The notes under the pieces are model-generated. The model ran no database searches. It was not told the DNA's origin and worked only from the letters and a program-made list of their open reading frames with translations. Made by a program: the position numbers and the translations under genes. A DNA stretch of 49,842 bases, filler included, from Fervidicoccaceae archaeon (GTDB taxonomy: Archaea; Thermoproteota; Thermoprotei_A; Sulfolobales; Fervidicoccaceae), in NCBI GenBank assembly GCA_038734945.1. It is 5 parts of 5 records of this genome, joined end to end, with 100 filler letters (N's around TTAATTAATTAA, not from the genome) between each part and the next. Parts side by side here need not be neighbours in the genome. Positions count along the whole stretch, not along the records: positions 38,097 to 44,015 come from JAVYOA010000007.1; positions 44,116 to 49,842 come from JAVYOA010000008.1; 3 more parts are not named here. One strand, written 5' to 3'. Positions 38,135 to 46,079 of this stretch are shown one piece after another (positions within the stretch are counted from its first letter, which is position 1; each line of letters starts with the position of its first letter).

Positions 38135-38617
38135 ATGCTAAGTGACTTTGTCAACGCTGTCCAGTCGTTCAATAACACTATCTCGGAGATTCAGAATAAG
38201 ACTAGGTTAGCCTGTGAGATCCTTCCGCCCGTATCGTCTGTTCCTTCACTGTTCGCAAACCTTCCCGTCTTAATCGTGTACATCGTAACGCTACCGCTAC
38301 GTTTTCTTTTGTGTCCATTGCTTAACACAGTCGGAAACCCCATCTGTCTGCTTTACAATTTGGTACCTCCATTAGGTATAATTAACGCATTAGGTGCAAC
38401 TAATTGCAAATCATTCAACTGTAACACATGTGCTACATCATTCCCTAATCCGTTTGCGGGTTGTCAAGGTAACATCTTTGATTATTTGTTTTGTGTGCTG
38501 GGCGGTGCATTGCTGTCGTTTGCTAATCCTTTAATAACAATCGTTAACGGGATAGCAAGATTTCTAGGACTTAACATATGTTTACCCTATTTTTCAACTA
38601 GCGGGTGCTCGTTATGA
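38135..38617 (+). CDS. Cys-rich viral membrane protein (ANLP family, 160 aa)
   Basis: CEILP...ANLP-TM-PxRFxLC motif; many Cys. Confidence 0.75.
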   Translation: MLSDFVNAVQSFNNTISEIQNKTRLACEILPPVSSVPSLFANLPVLIVYIVTLPLRFLLCPLLNTVGNPICLLYNLVPPLGIINALGATNCKSFNCNTCATSFPNPFAGCQGNIFDYLFCVLGGALLSFANPLITIVNGIARFLGLNICLPYFSTSGCSL

Positions 38618-39867
38618 GCTGTCAAGGTGCATTATCGCCAATACCGTTGGGTTGTCAAGTATCGTCACCGTTCTCTCCATGCTACGAGTCGTCAAGTGAG
38701 TACACCATTGAGGAAAACCCAGTTTGTGACATTTTACCTAAAAATGTACTAAATTCACTGCCCACGCTCATGGCAAACCTACCCCTTACTTTGCTGTTCA
38801 TCGTTACCCTACCTACCAGATTCTTCTTATGTCTAATCTACAATTTTTATCAGTTTATTGTAAAGGGTGGCATAACTAGACTGATAAACGGATTGGTAGC
38901 TGACGCTATCAATCCCATAGCGTGCTTCGCTGACGGCGTGGCGGAGGGTAACAGTGCTGACTTCTTTGCGTTTCAATTGCCGTCATTCTCACCGCCAAAC
39001 TTGTCAAACGAGAGCGTTGTGCCGGGTGTATGTAGCTCAAATCCAATCATTCAAGCTATCTGTAATATCGTATATGGAATAGGATACATATTAGGAATAA
39101 TCTCATCGTTAATTAACCAATTGACTGACGCTATCATTGTACTAATTTGTGTCCTATTTAACTTAACTATTGAGTTTGGTGTATGCCTCGGACCCATTCA
39201 CTTTGTTACATGTATATCTGCCTCAAATGTATTTAATGCGCTTGGTCTAAAAATAAACTGTGCATTAAACTGTTACTGTGCTATTGGAAAGCCACCAATA
39301 CTAAAGATATCAAACTGTCCCTATTCCGTTTGTTCAAATGAGCTATGCTGTAACAATGGACAGAGCGTAAACACTGTAACAGTAACATGTCCAACAGAGA
39401 GCTATTACTCAAGTGACGGAGCGCCGTGCGTCAGGTACTACATGAGTGAAAATAACGGATGCGTAGGGCATTCGGTTTGCTGTCCATCCCTAACATACAG
39501 TTCAGACGGTCAGATATGTGTGGAGACGTTCACACCCACACCTAACGGATGCGTATTTCAATCATTCGCATGTTCCTCAGACTTGTATTACGCAAATAAC
39601 GGCGTTCCATGTCAAGGTAGTACATGCTGTCCGCCTTCCTTCTACGTACCCGAGCGTGGCGTAGAGTGTGTAACAGTATACGAGCCGTCGGACGGTCAAT
39701 GTGTACCGATTAACACACAATGCTATCCGAATGAACGAATCGTCAATAACGCACCATGTAACGGTACAACGTGCTGTCCCGCTGTTAATTCTAACAATAG
39801 TCTACTTATCTATAACGCCGAACCTGGTCAGTGCATACCTGTTGCTACGTTACAAAACAGTACTTAA
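38614..39867 (+). CDS. large Cys-rich viral protein: ANLP membrane domain plus C-terminal Cys repeats
   Basis: About 36 Cys; repeats YYSSDGAPC / TYSSDGQIC / YYANNGVPC and CQGSTCCP / CNGTTCCP; ATGA coupling at 38614. Confidence 0.78.
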   Translation: MSCQGALSPIPLGCQVSSPFSPCYESSSEYTIEENPVCDILPKNVLNSLPTLMANLPLTLLFIVTLPTRFFLCLIYNFYQFIVKGGITRLINGLVADAINPIACFADGVAEGNSADFFAFQLPSFSPPNLSNESVVPGVCSSNPIIQAICNIVYGIGYILGIISSLINQLTDAIIVLICVLFNLTIEFGVCLGPIHFVTCISASNVFNALGLKINCALNCYCAIGKPPILKISNCPYSVCSNELCCNNGQSVNTVTVTCPTESYYSSDGAPCVRYYMSENNGCVGHSVCCPSLTYSSDGQICVETFTPTPNGCVFQSFACSSDLYYANNGVPCQGSTCCPPSFYVPERGVECVTVYEPSDGQCVPINTQCYPNERIVNNAPCNGTTCCPAVNSNNSLLIYNAEPGQCIPVATLQNST

Positions 39868-39880
39868 ACCCTTCTAAGTC

Positions 39881-40003
39881 ATGATACTGATTATCTTGTT
39901 AGTAGCTATCCTAGTGTTTCTGATAGTAGCTAACGGTACCTACACCTTCAATTTCTTCCACAAGACGTTTACGTTATCAGTAACTAGCGAATCGTCGGGG
40001 TGA
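39881..40003 (+). CDS. single-TM micro-protein (40 aa)
   Basis: MILIILLVAILVFLIVANGTYTFNFFHKTFTLSVTSESSG; related to 28098-28199. Confidence 0.55.
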   Translation: MILIILLVAILVFLIVANGTYTFNFFHKTFTLSVTSESSG

Positions 40004-40007
40004 TATC

Positions 40008-40193
40008 ATGACCGGATTGATAATTAACATCGTTGACATCGTATTCAATCTATTCTATGATCTAGTTAGGTACTCATTACAGATTGCCCGTTTCTTAGTG
40101 TCCAAGATAGGAGCGGGCATATTTTATGACGTGATGGCGTCATTCCGCTACGTGAATGACATAACCCGGAGAGTGAGGACATACGTCAGATAG
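40008..40193 (+). CDS. small amphipathic protein, paralog of 28204-28368
   Basis: GGTGA RBS; shared RYxNDITRR. Confidence 0.68.
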   Translation: MTGLIINIVDIVFNLFYDLVRYSLQIARFLVSKIGAGIFYDVMASFRYVNDITRRVRTYVR

Positions 40194-40209
40194 ACATAGG
40201 GTTATAACA

Positions 40210-40794
40210 ATGACAGACATCGCTAGAGAAAGATTTAAGAAAAAGCTAACACGCAACCGTGTATTTGCACCTTCGGTTAGCGAAACGTTTGCTCCTAGTA
40301 CTGCTAGATCGGAAACTTATGCTCCATCACAATCAAGCACATACGCACCATCACAGTCTAGCACATACGCACCATCACAGACTAGGACTTATTCAACATC
40401 TACAACGAATAAGACAATCAGAAAGTCTACTAGTGTGTTTGCGCCATCTGTGACTGAAGAGTATGCGCCGGTTACGTCGCAACCATCGGTTATTTTACCG
40501 TCATCAACTGAAGAGGTAAACGTACATGATGAACCAACTTATGCACAACCTTCACCGGTTATACCGCCTGAGGTAAATGCGGTTAACGTGGACGATCACC
40601 CTAATTACGCACAACCATCGCAATCAATTAATGACTCATCCCACATTTTTGTTAATGATGCTCCATCCACACACGTTAACATATCGCCAACCACGATATT
40701 CACTATCTCAAGTCAAAGAAGTCAAGAGACAAGTGATAACGTGTACTATCGCATACTTCTAAGCCTGCTGAGGGGGTCAAAATGGACGAGATAA
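40210..40794 (+). CDS. Ser/Thr-rich viral protein with (T/V)(Y/F)APS repeats
   Basis: FAPS/YAPS six times plus YAPV and YAQPS twice. Confidence 0.72.
   Translation: MTDIARERFKKKLTRNRVFAPSVSETFAPSTARSETYAPSQSSTYAPSQSSTYAPSQTRTYSTSTTNKTIRKSTSVFAPSVTEEYAPVTSQPSVILPSSTEEVNVHDEPTYAQPSPVIPPEVNAVNVDDHPNYAQPSQSINDSSHIFVNDAPSTHVNISPTTIFTISSQRSQETSDNVYYRILLSLLRGSKWTR
40316..40400 (+). repeat. 21-nt in-frame tandem repeat (STYAPSQ)
   Basis: AGCACATACGCACCATCACAG core occurs twice exactly, preceded by a degenerate copy. Confidence 0.8.
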
Positions 40795-41003
40795 TACGTG
40801 TATCGCCACGTTACAGTATAAAGATAACTAGAGACGAACGTGGTGTTATCTTAAACGCTGTACCGTTATTTAATCCACCACCCGATTACTTGCATGTGTT
40901 TCCCCTTTCAACTAACTATTTGTTAGTCGTTATGTCGATAAACGGACAGAGGTTAATGATACCAGTGAAAAGAGGATCATCGGCGCACTTAATTAACACT
41001 TAA
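40782..41003 (+). CDS. viral hypothetical protein (73 aa)
   Basis: GAGGGG RBS, overlapping operon. Confidence 0.65.
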   Translation: MDEIIRVSPRYSIKITRDERGVILNAVPLFNPPPDYLHVFPLSTNYLLVVMSINGQRLMIPVKRGSSAHLINT

Positions 41004-41014
41004 TCATAACACGT

Positions 41015-41206
41015 ATGTACTACCAAATTGCTGAATTGTTAACCTTTCTTGTCTCCATTTACATGTTATCCTCATTGATAATGGACTATCATCACAACAA
41101 ATACATGGAAAACGAAGCCAGATATTTTGCTCAACTCCTCACGCTAAACATACAGGCGAGTCACAACGCTCAGATACTGAGACTTAATAAGGGTGATAAA
41201 TCATGA
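41015..41206 (+). CDS. viral single-TM protein (63 aa)
   Basis: N-terminal hydrophobic helix. Confidence 0.6.
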   Translation: MYYQIAELLTFLVSIYMLSSLIMDYHHNKYMENEARYFAQLLTLNIQASHNAQILRLNKGDKS

Positions 41207-41316
41207 GCATAGCGAATTTGATCATCCTAGTTATAAGTGGATTGGTAACCCTATTTATAATGTGGAAAGTATTACCAAAATTTACTAGTAAAGTTATTGG
41301 GGTGTTGAATAAATGA
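41203..41316 (+). CDS. single-TM micro-protein (37 aa)
   Basis: MSIANLIILVISGLVTLFIMWKVLPKFTSKVIGVLNK; GGTGA RBS and ATGA overlaps on both sides. Confidence 0.62.
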   Translation: MSIANLIILVISGLVTLFIMWKVLPKFTSKVIGVLNK

Positions 41317-43343
41317 TCACAATTTCAGTCCCTAAGGGTGCATTAGTTTCATCGCTTGGAAAACAATACTATCAACAGACACTTTACTACAATGTTGACT
41401 ACAGTAGTTATCAAACGTCACCCGCCCCGGGCTTCTTCAATCCTGTTACGATTGTTAACTATCCCGCTGAGGTTGTCGTATCTACTAGACCGGTATCATT
41501 GAATCTAGAGACTCCAGTTCAATATGTGTCAACGGGTAACATAAAACTAGGTTTCAATACTAACGGAAGTGACCTAGCGGGTAATGCGCTAGTGTCAGGT
41601 ACCGGGTCACTATTTCTATGGATCAGGGGATCGTTCCCCTCACAGATCATACCTTCCACTACGCTGGAACTAGACGCTTATCTTCATGCTATGGACATGC
41701 TAAGCGCCATAAACGCCTACATGGTAATGAATGAGATATTAAATGATGACTTCTTTGAAGCCACGGGAATTAATGAAGTCAAGAAAAGTTTAATACGAGG
41801 ATACATTTGCAATAAGCTAAAAGTAGACGTAGCGATGTCATTATTTGGTAATACAGTTCTAGCGCCATATGTTCAACAAGTCAATGCCCTACCCGTAGAG
41901 CCTTGTTTTGACATTTCATACCAGGAGATAAGTGATATTGATACAGTAATATCAGAATTTTATGACACAAATCAAACAGTTAAGACACTAGAGAACATGA
42001 TTACCAATTTATCTAATACGTTAGCATATCTTAACCAAAAAGTAGAACAAATCATACAAGAATTACAACCATCAGAAACTATTTACGTTGAAGATATTGA
42101 AGTGTTTCTAAGAAACGCTACGCTAACGTTGGCGTTACAGTCAAAAGAAGTACTTGAACCGTTTGATGTGACTGGTTCACAGTTAAGTACGTATGTGTTA
42201 GATGTAGTCACATCGTTGTTATCATCTAATTTTACACAAATAACATCTACTATCTCAACGTTCGCATCGATTACTTCACAAGCTAATACATTATTATCAA
42301 CTGGACAGATCAACCAAGCTATAGACTTTGTATTTTCATCATTACAAACGTATGTTAATGCACCACAGGCAAGTACATACCTAGCAATTATTGCGGGCTA
42401 TTTATTAGAATTAGCAAACGTGAATAACATAAACACGGCATATCTGCAAACTGTTCCCCAGGTCGTGGCATTATCTGCTGTGCTTTCATCTTTATCCAAT
42501 GATATTTACAGTCAAGTATTTCCAACATTCAAAATAAATCTCTACAACGCATCGCACGCTTTGAACTTCACTAACCCACCTCCACCACCTCCGCCTGCGT
42601 TACCATCTTCACCACCTACGCCACCTAAACCTTCGTTACCATTACCACCAGGATTACCACCTTCGCCACCGCCTCCTTACATGATTACATCACCGCCTCC
42701 ACCACCCCCTCCATTGCATAAGATTGTTAGCGCATTAAGGACTGTAAAGCACAACAATTACGCTAACGTGATCATTGAATTGTCGCCGAAGGGCGGACAT
42801 GTATGGAACACTGCACTGTTAGCTTACGCTTATCAGTACCAGTTAGCGTTTATGTTGGCTAAGCATGGTTTCGTATGTCCTGCAATAACCTCAACACCAC
42901 AAACGAACGGATTAGACTACTCGCTTGTAAATAATAACATAACAATAACGTCAAATAATAGTCAGACTAACGTGACTGTCCAAAATAAAACTACAACACA
43001 GACCGGATCAAGTAACGTTAGTGTGCAAAACAACACTACAACACAGAACCAGTCAAGTAATGTTACAACATCAGAATCAGTACAGACTAGTGAAGCAATA
43101 CAATCACAATCATCAACTCAACAAAGTCAATCAAACAGTGGATCAACAAATCAAGGATCAACCACCCAAGCTAACATGACTATGCAAAATAACAACTTCT
43201 TCGAGAATCAGGGATTATCTAGTAACGCACCTGATTTTTTCAATTACTTAACCTATACCGCTAATCAAGGAATGTTTAACAATACTCTCAATTACATACC
43301 CCATAAGGTACCGCCAGGTAAACTAAAACATGGATTTATGTGA
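41313..43343 (+). CDS. large putative virion protein with coiled coil, polyproline linker and S/T/Q/N-rich tail
   Basis: 676 aa; PPPPPPPALPSSPPTPP... tract; tail with multiple N-x-S/T sequons. Confidence 0.75.
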   Translation: MITISVPKGALVSSLGKQYYQQTLYYNVDYSSYQTSPAPGFFNPVTIVNYPAEVVVSTRPVSLNLETPVQYVSTGNIKLGFNTNGSDLAGNALVSGTGSLFLWIRGSFPSQIIPSTTLELDAYLHAMDMLSAINAYMVMNEILNDDFFEATGINEVKKSLIRGYICNKLKVDVAMSLFGNTVLAPYVQQVNALPVEPCFDISYQEISDIDTVISEFYDTNQTVKTLENMITNLSNTLAYLNQKVEQIIQELQPSETIYVEDIEVFLRNATLTLALQSKEVLEPFDVTGSQLSTYVLDVVTSLLSSNFTQITSTISTFASITSQANTLLSTGQINQAIDFVFSSLQTYVNAPQASTYLAIIAGYLLELANVNNINTAYLQTVPQVVALSAVLSSLSNDIYSQVFPTFKINLYNASHALNFTNPPPPPPPALPSSPPTPPKPSLPLPPGLPPSPPPPYMITSPPPPPPPLHKIVSALRTVKHNNYANVIIELSPKGGHVWNTALLAYAYQYQLAFMLAKHGFVCPAITSTPQTNGLDYSLVNNNITITSNNSQTNVTVQNKTTTQTGSSNVSVQNNTTTQNQSSNVTTSESVQTSEAIQSQSSTQQSQSNSGSTNQGSTTQANMTMQNNNFFENQGLSSNAPDFFNYLTYTANQGMFNNTLNYIPHKVPPGKLKHGFM

Positions 43344-43352
43344 TGATAGAAC

Positions 43353-43607
43353 ATGAAGGAGCTAATCAGATACCTGTTATTTATGCATAAATATCTCAAA
43401 CTAGATTACATTAATGTGGTAGTATCACGTGACGGCGAAGTAGTTCATCTTGAAATAAAGAACGATAACGATATGACTGTTACGGGTTATCAATGCGAAC
43501 CGTCCATGGATGGCAATTTCAAGAATTGCACAGAGATCAAAAACCTGGACGAGATAGTGACTGAAGCTATCAACGATATGGTCAGAATCGAGTGGAAAAA
43601 CTCTTAA
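43353..43607 (+). CDS. viral hypothetical protein (84 aa)
   Basis: Operon position. Confidence 0.65.
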   Translation: MKELIRYLLFMHKYLKLDYINVVVSRDGEVVHLEIKNDNDMTVTGYQCEPSMDGNFKNCTEIKNLDEIVTEAINDMVRIEWKNS

Positions 43608-43632
43608 ATATTCGTGATGTTTATCTAGTTTT

Positions 43633-44015
43633 ATGAAACTAATTATCGTAGAAGGAAGCAACGGAGTGGGTAAGACCACTCTTTTAAAGAAAATAAGAGA
43701 TCGTTATGATGTTTTTTACGTGCATTTTCCCCTAGTCTATTATCGTAAGATGCCACCCGTTGCCTATCTGGGTGAAATGCTGTCATTTTTGAGGGGGCAA
43801 CTTGGTATCTTTGTGGACTTAAATGCCCGTCCCATCTTGGTAGATCGTTTCTTCCTGTCTACTATGGTGTATCAGGGAAAAGACATTAACTTCGTTTCAC
43901 CGGTACTAGAAGAGTTACAAAAACATGAGTATTACCTATTTGTGCTAAAACCAGACGAAAACTACAAAAGAGTAATGACGCACTTTGAAAACATAAAGGC
44001 TTATGATGATCCTAA
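43633..44015 (+). CDS. tmk: thymidylate kinase-like protein, partial
   Basis: IIVEGSNGVGKTT P-loop, HFP, LVDRFFLSTMVYQ (DRxxxSxxxYQ motif). Confidence 0.85.
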
Positions 44016-44115
44016 NNNNNNNNNNNNNNNNNNNNNNNNNNNNNNNNNNNNNNNNNNNNTTAATTAATTAANNNNNNNNNNNNNNNNNNNNNNNNNNNNN
44101 NNNNNNNNNNNNNNN
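44016..44115. other. artificial contig spacer
   Basis: N-run, TTAATTAATTAA, N-run. Confidence 0.98.
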
Positions 44116-44144
44116 CATCGTCCATTCTTCTTCCAGCTAGAATT

Positions 44145-44450
44145 GAAGCCCCCCCCGACGGCATCCACCGCCACCCCCCATCGCCTCCGGCGACCACCGC
44201 CCAACCACGTAACCTACGTGTTTGGACGGCGACCGCCTTCACAGGCGCACGGGAGATGACCGTGATGCCGTCAAGGTGCTTACGATCCAGCGCAAGCACC
44301 AGGGGACGTGGGTTAGGGCATCATTTGGACGTCAGAGCCCACTGGCGCCACCGGGATGGACGCCCATCGCGCCCCTCCCCGTCCAACTAGGGCGTAAAGG
44401 GTTCTTCATACGCTCTAAGGCGTATTGAGGCGCACCCTCTCGCCCAATAC
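44145..44450 (-). ncRNA. candidate structured viral non-coding RNA
   Basis: GC island in an AT-rich genome with about ten stems, a GUGA tetraloop and a G-U-completed 10-bp stem on the minus strand; TTTTTATT box at 44475-44468. Confidence 0.5.
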
Positions 44451-44497
44451 ACTATAAGTTAAAAACAAATAAAAACCTTTTGCTCCGTTACACGTGG

Positions 44498-44809
44498 CTA
44501 GAATAACTTACCCTGTGTCTTCACCACGGCATTAGACTTGATAACTTCAAAGTATAACTTCTTTCTAATTTGCACCGGCTCGGCAACAACACAGTACAGG
44601 GTTCGATTAATCACTTTACCGCACACCAACTGAGGAATCGTTGGCTTTACTGACACGTCATCATCAAACGTTAGCTTAATGACGCCGGATAGCTCATACG
44701 GCGGTGTCTGTTGAATCTCTTTATTCTCATTAACTGAAAAAATAGAAGACGGACTTACGAAACGAGACGCACCCGTGCGGGTGCTATCATTCACTTTTTG
44801 CGATTGCAT
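44498..44809 (-). CDS. viral terminal-repeat protein (103 aa)
   Basis: Second copy at 17959-18107; leaderless, with a TTAAATA box. Confidence 0.72.
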   Translation of the reverse strand: MQSQKVNDSTRTGASRFVSPSSIFSVNENKEIQQTPPYELSGVIKLTFDDDVSVKPTIPQLVCGKVINRTLYCVVAEPVQIRKKLYFEVIKSNAVVKTQGKLF

Positions 44810-44834
44810 GACAATAACTAGATCGTTGAGGTAT

Positions 44835-45236
44835 TTAAGCGTTACGGTTCGCTAGTTCTTCCTTAAGCTCCTCTAGGTACTCCTTTAGTGCTTCTTTGGC
44901 TTTGGATTTTATTCCTACTGCCGTCTCAGACCTTACTATAATCGTGACAACGCCGATAGGAGCCTGGCAATAGCCTACACATTCAACATCTATCTCAACG
45001 TCATCACTGTAACCTTTGTCAAAAATCAGCACAATTTTACGGTACTCTTCGCTATCTTGATAAACATACGTGACCTGACTATACCTACTCTGATGAGGCG
45101 AATAAGCTCTAGCTATGGTTTCAAAAAACCTGGCTCCAGACATAGAAGAAACAACAGAAGATGACTTCCTAACTTTTGATATGTTTTTAATAGCCCACTC
45201 GATCAACTCGATTTTATTCTCCAGCTTTGATGACAT
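44835..45236 (-). CDS. viral hypothetical protein (133 aa)
   Basis: Its stop lies within the repeat boundary. Confidence 0.7.
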   Translation of the reverse strand: MSSKLENKIELIEWAIKNISKVRKSSSVVSSMSGARFFETIARAYSPHQSRYSQVTYVYQDSEEYRKIVLIFDKGYSDDVEIDVECVGYCQAPIGVVTIIVRSETAVGIKSKAKEALKEYLEELKEELANRNA

Positions 45237-45272
45237 GAGTATCTAATTAGCAAAACTAAAAAACAATGTGAC

Positions 45273-46061
45273 TTATGCGTTTTTGCACTGTCCATGAATC
45301 AAATTATAGACGTCAATGACTCCATAACAGCTATTGATTGCTAGCTTAGCTCTCTCCATATCGTCATATTCTAACGCATTCAGCTTGCCCATGACTTTAA
45401 ACATGTTTACGATCTGCATGTACATATCTATTAGTATCTGAATCTCGCTTAGCTTCTGTAATTGTTCGTGTTGGTCTAGATGTTCGTTTTGAATGAAATC
45501 ATCTACCAGTCTGGTCATTTCAGATTGTATCTTAACTAATTCATCTACTAGATGCTTCACATTGTAATCTTCTAATTTCTTGCTTGTTATCACCTTAACA
45601 GCGTATTCTGACGAAGACTTAACGTATTGTAGATAGTACTTCATTCCGTTTGCATTCTTTTTTAGATTCTCATCATCGATCTTAATCATCGTTGTATTCA
45701 TGTACTTTAGAATGTATTGCTCTAGTTCTTCTAATGGCTTTTGTAATTTCTCAATGCGATAACCGAGTATGTTATGCACTCTAACCTTAGCCTTGAAACT
45801 ATTCAGCTTAATCAGTAATGTTAGATAATTAAAATCTTCAGCAACGTAATTATGATGATAAATAAACCCGTTTAGTTGTACAATTAAGTCAGCAACATCT
45901 CTGTTTAAATCAGCCAAATTGAATAGATCCCATTCTCTAGATAGCAAGTACAGGGCGTTTAGCCCCAACTGTGTCACCCTTAACTCTTCAGTCACAGCCT
46001 TCTGAAAGTTTATCAACGCATCAAGAATATCTAATTTTTCTTGTACGTGTTTAATTGACAT
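45273..46061 (-). CDS. all-alpha viral protein (262 aa); terminal-protein candidate
   Basis: GGTGA RBS; amphipathic helices throughout; same strand as and downstream of the polymerase. Confidence 0.7.
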   Translation of the reverse strand: MSIKHVQEKLDILDALINFQKAVTEELRVTQLGLNALYLLSREWDLFNLADLNRDVADLIVQLNGFIYHHNYVAEDFNYLTLLIKLNSFKAKVRVHNILGYRIEKLQKPLEELEQYILKYMNTTMIKIDDENLKKNANGMKYYLQYVKSSSEYAVKVITSKKLEDYNVKHLVDELVKIQSEMTRLVDDFIQNEHLDQHEQLQKLSEIQILIDMYMQIVNMFKVMGKLNALEYDDMERAKLAINSCYGVIDVYNLIHGQCKNA

Positions 46062-46079
46062 TTAACTCACCATAAGCAT

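Larger units (their letters stand above)
38097..44015 (+). mobile_element. archaeal virus contig, central structural region (continues contig B)
   Basis: First 49 bp identical to 28654-28702; all genes on the plus strand; ends in a thymidylate kinase. Confidence 0.85.
44116..44855. repeat. putative inverted terminal repeat (at least 740 bp if it extends to the contig end)
   Basis: 44661-44855 matches 17959-18153. The outer part has no second copy in the window because contig B stops early. Confidence 0.6.

Noticed and set aside
44060..44428. ORFs 44060-44299 (-) and 44222-44428 (+) in the GC-rich segment
   Set aside because: Non-ATG starts, composition unlike the other viral genes, and expected by chance in GC-rich DNA; base pairing explains the region better, though coding is not fully excluded
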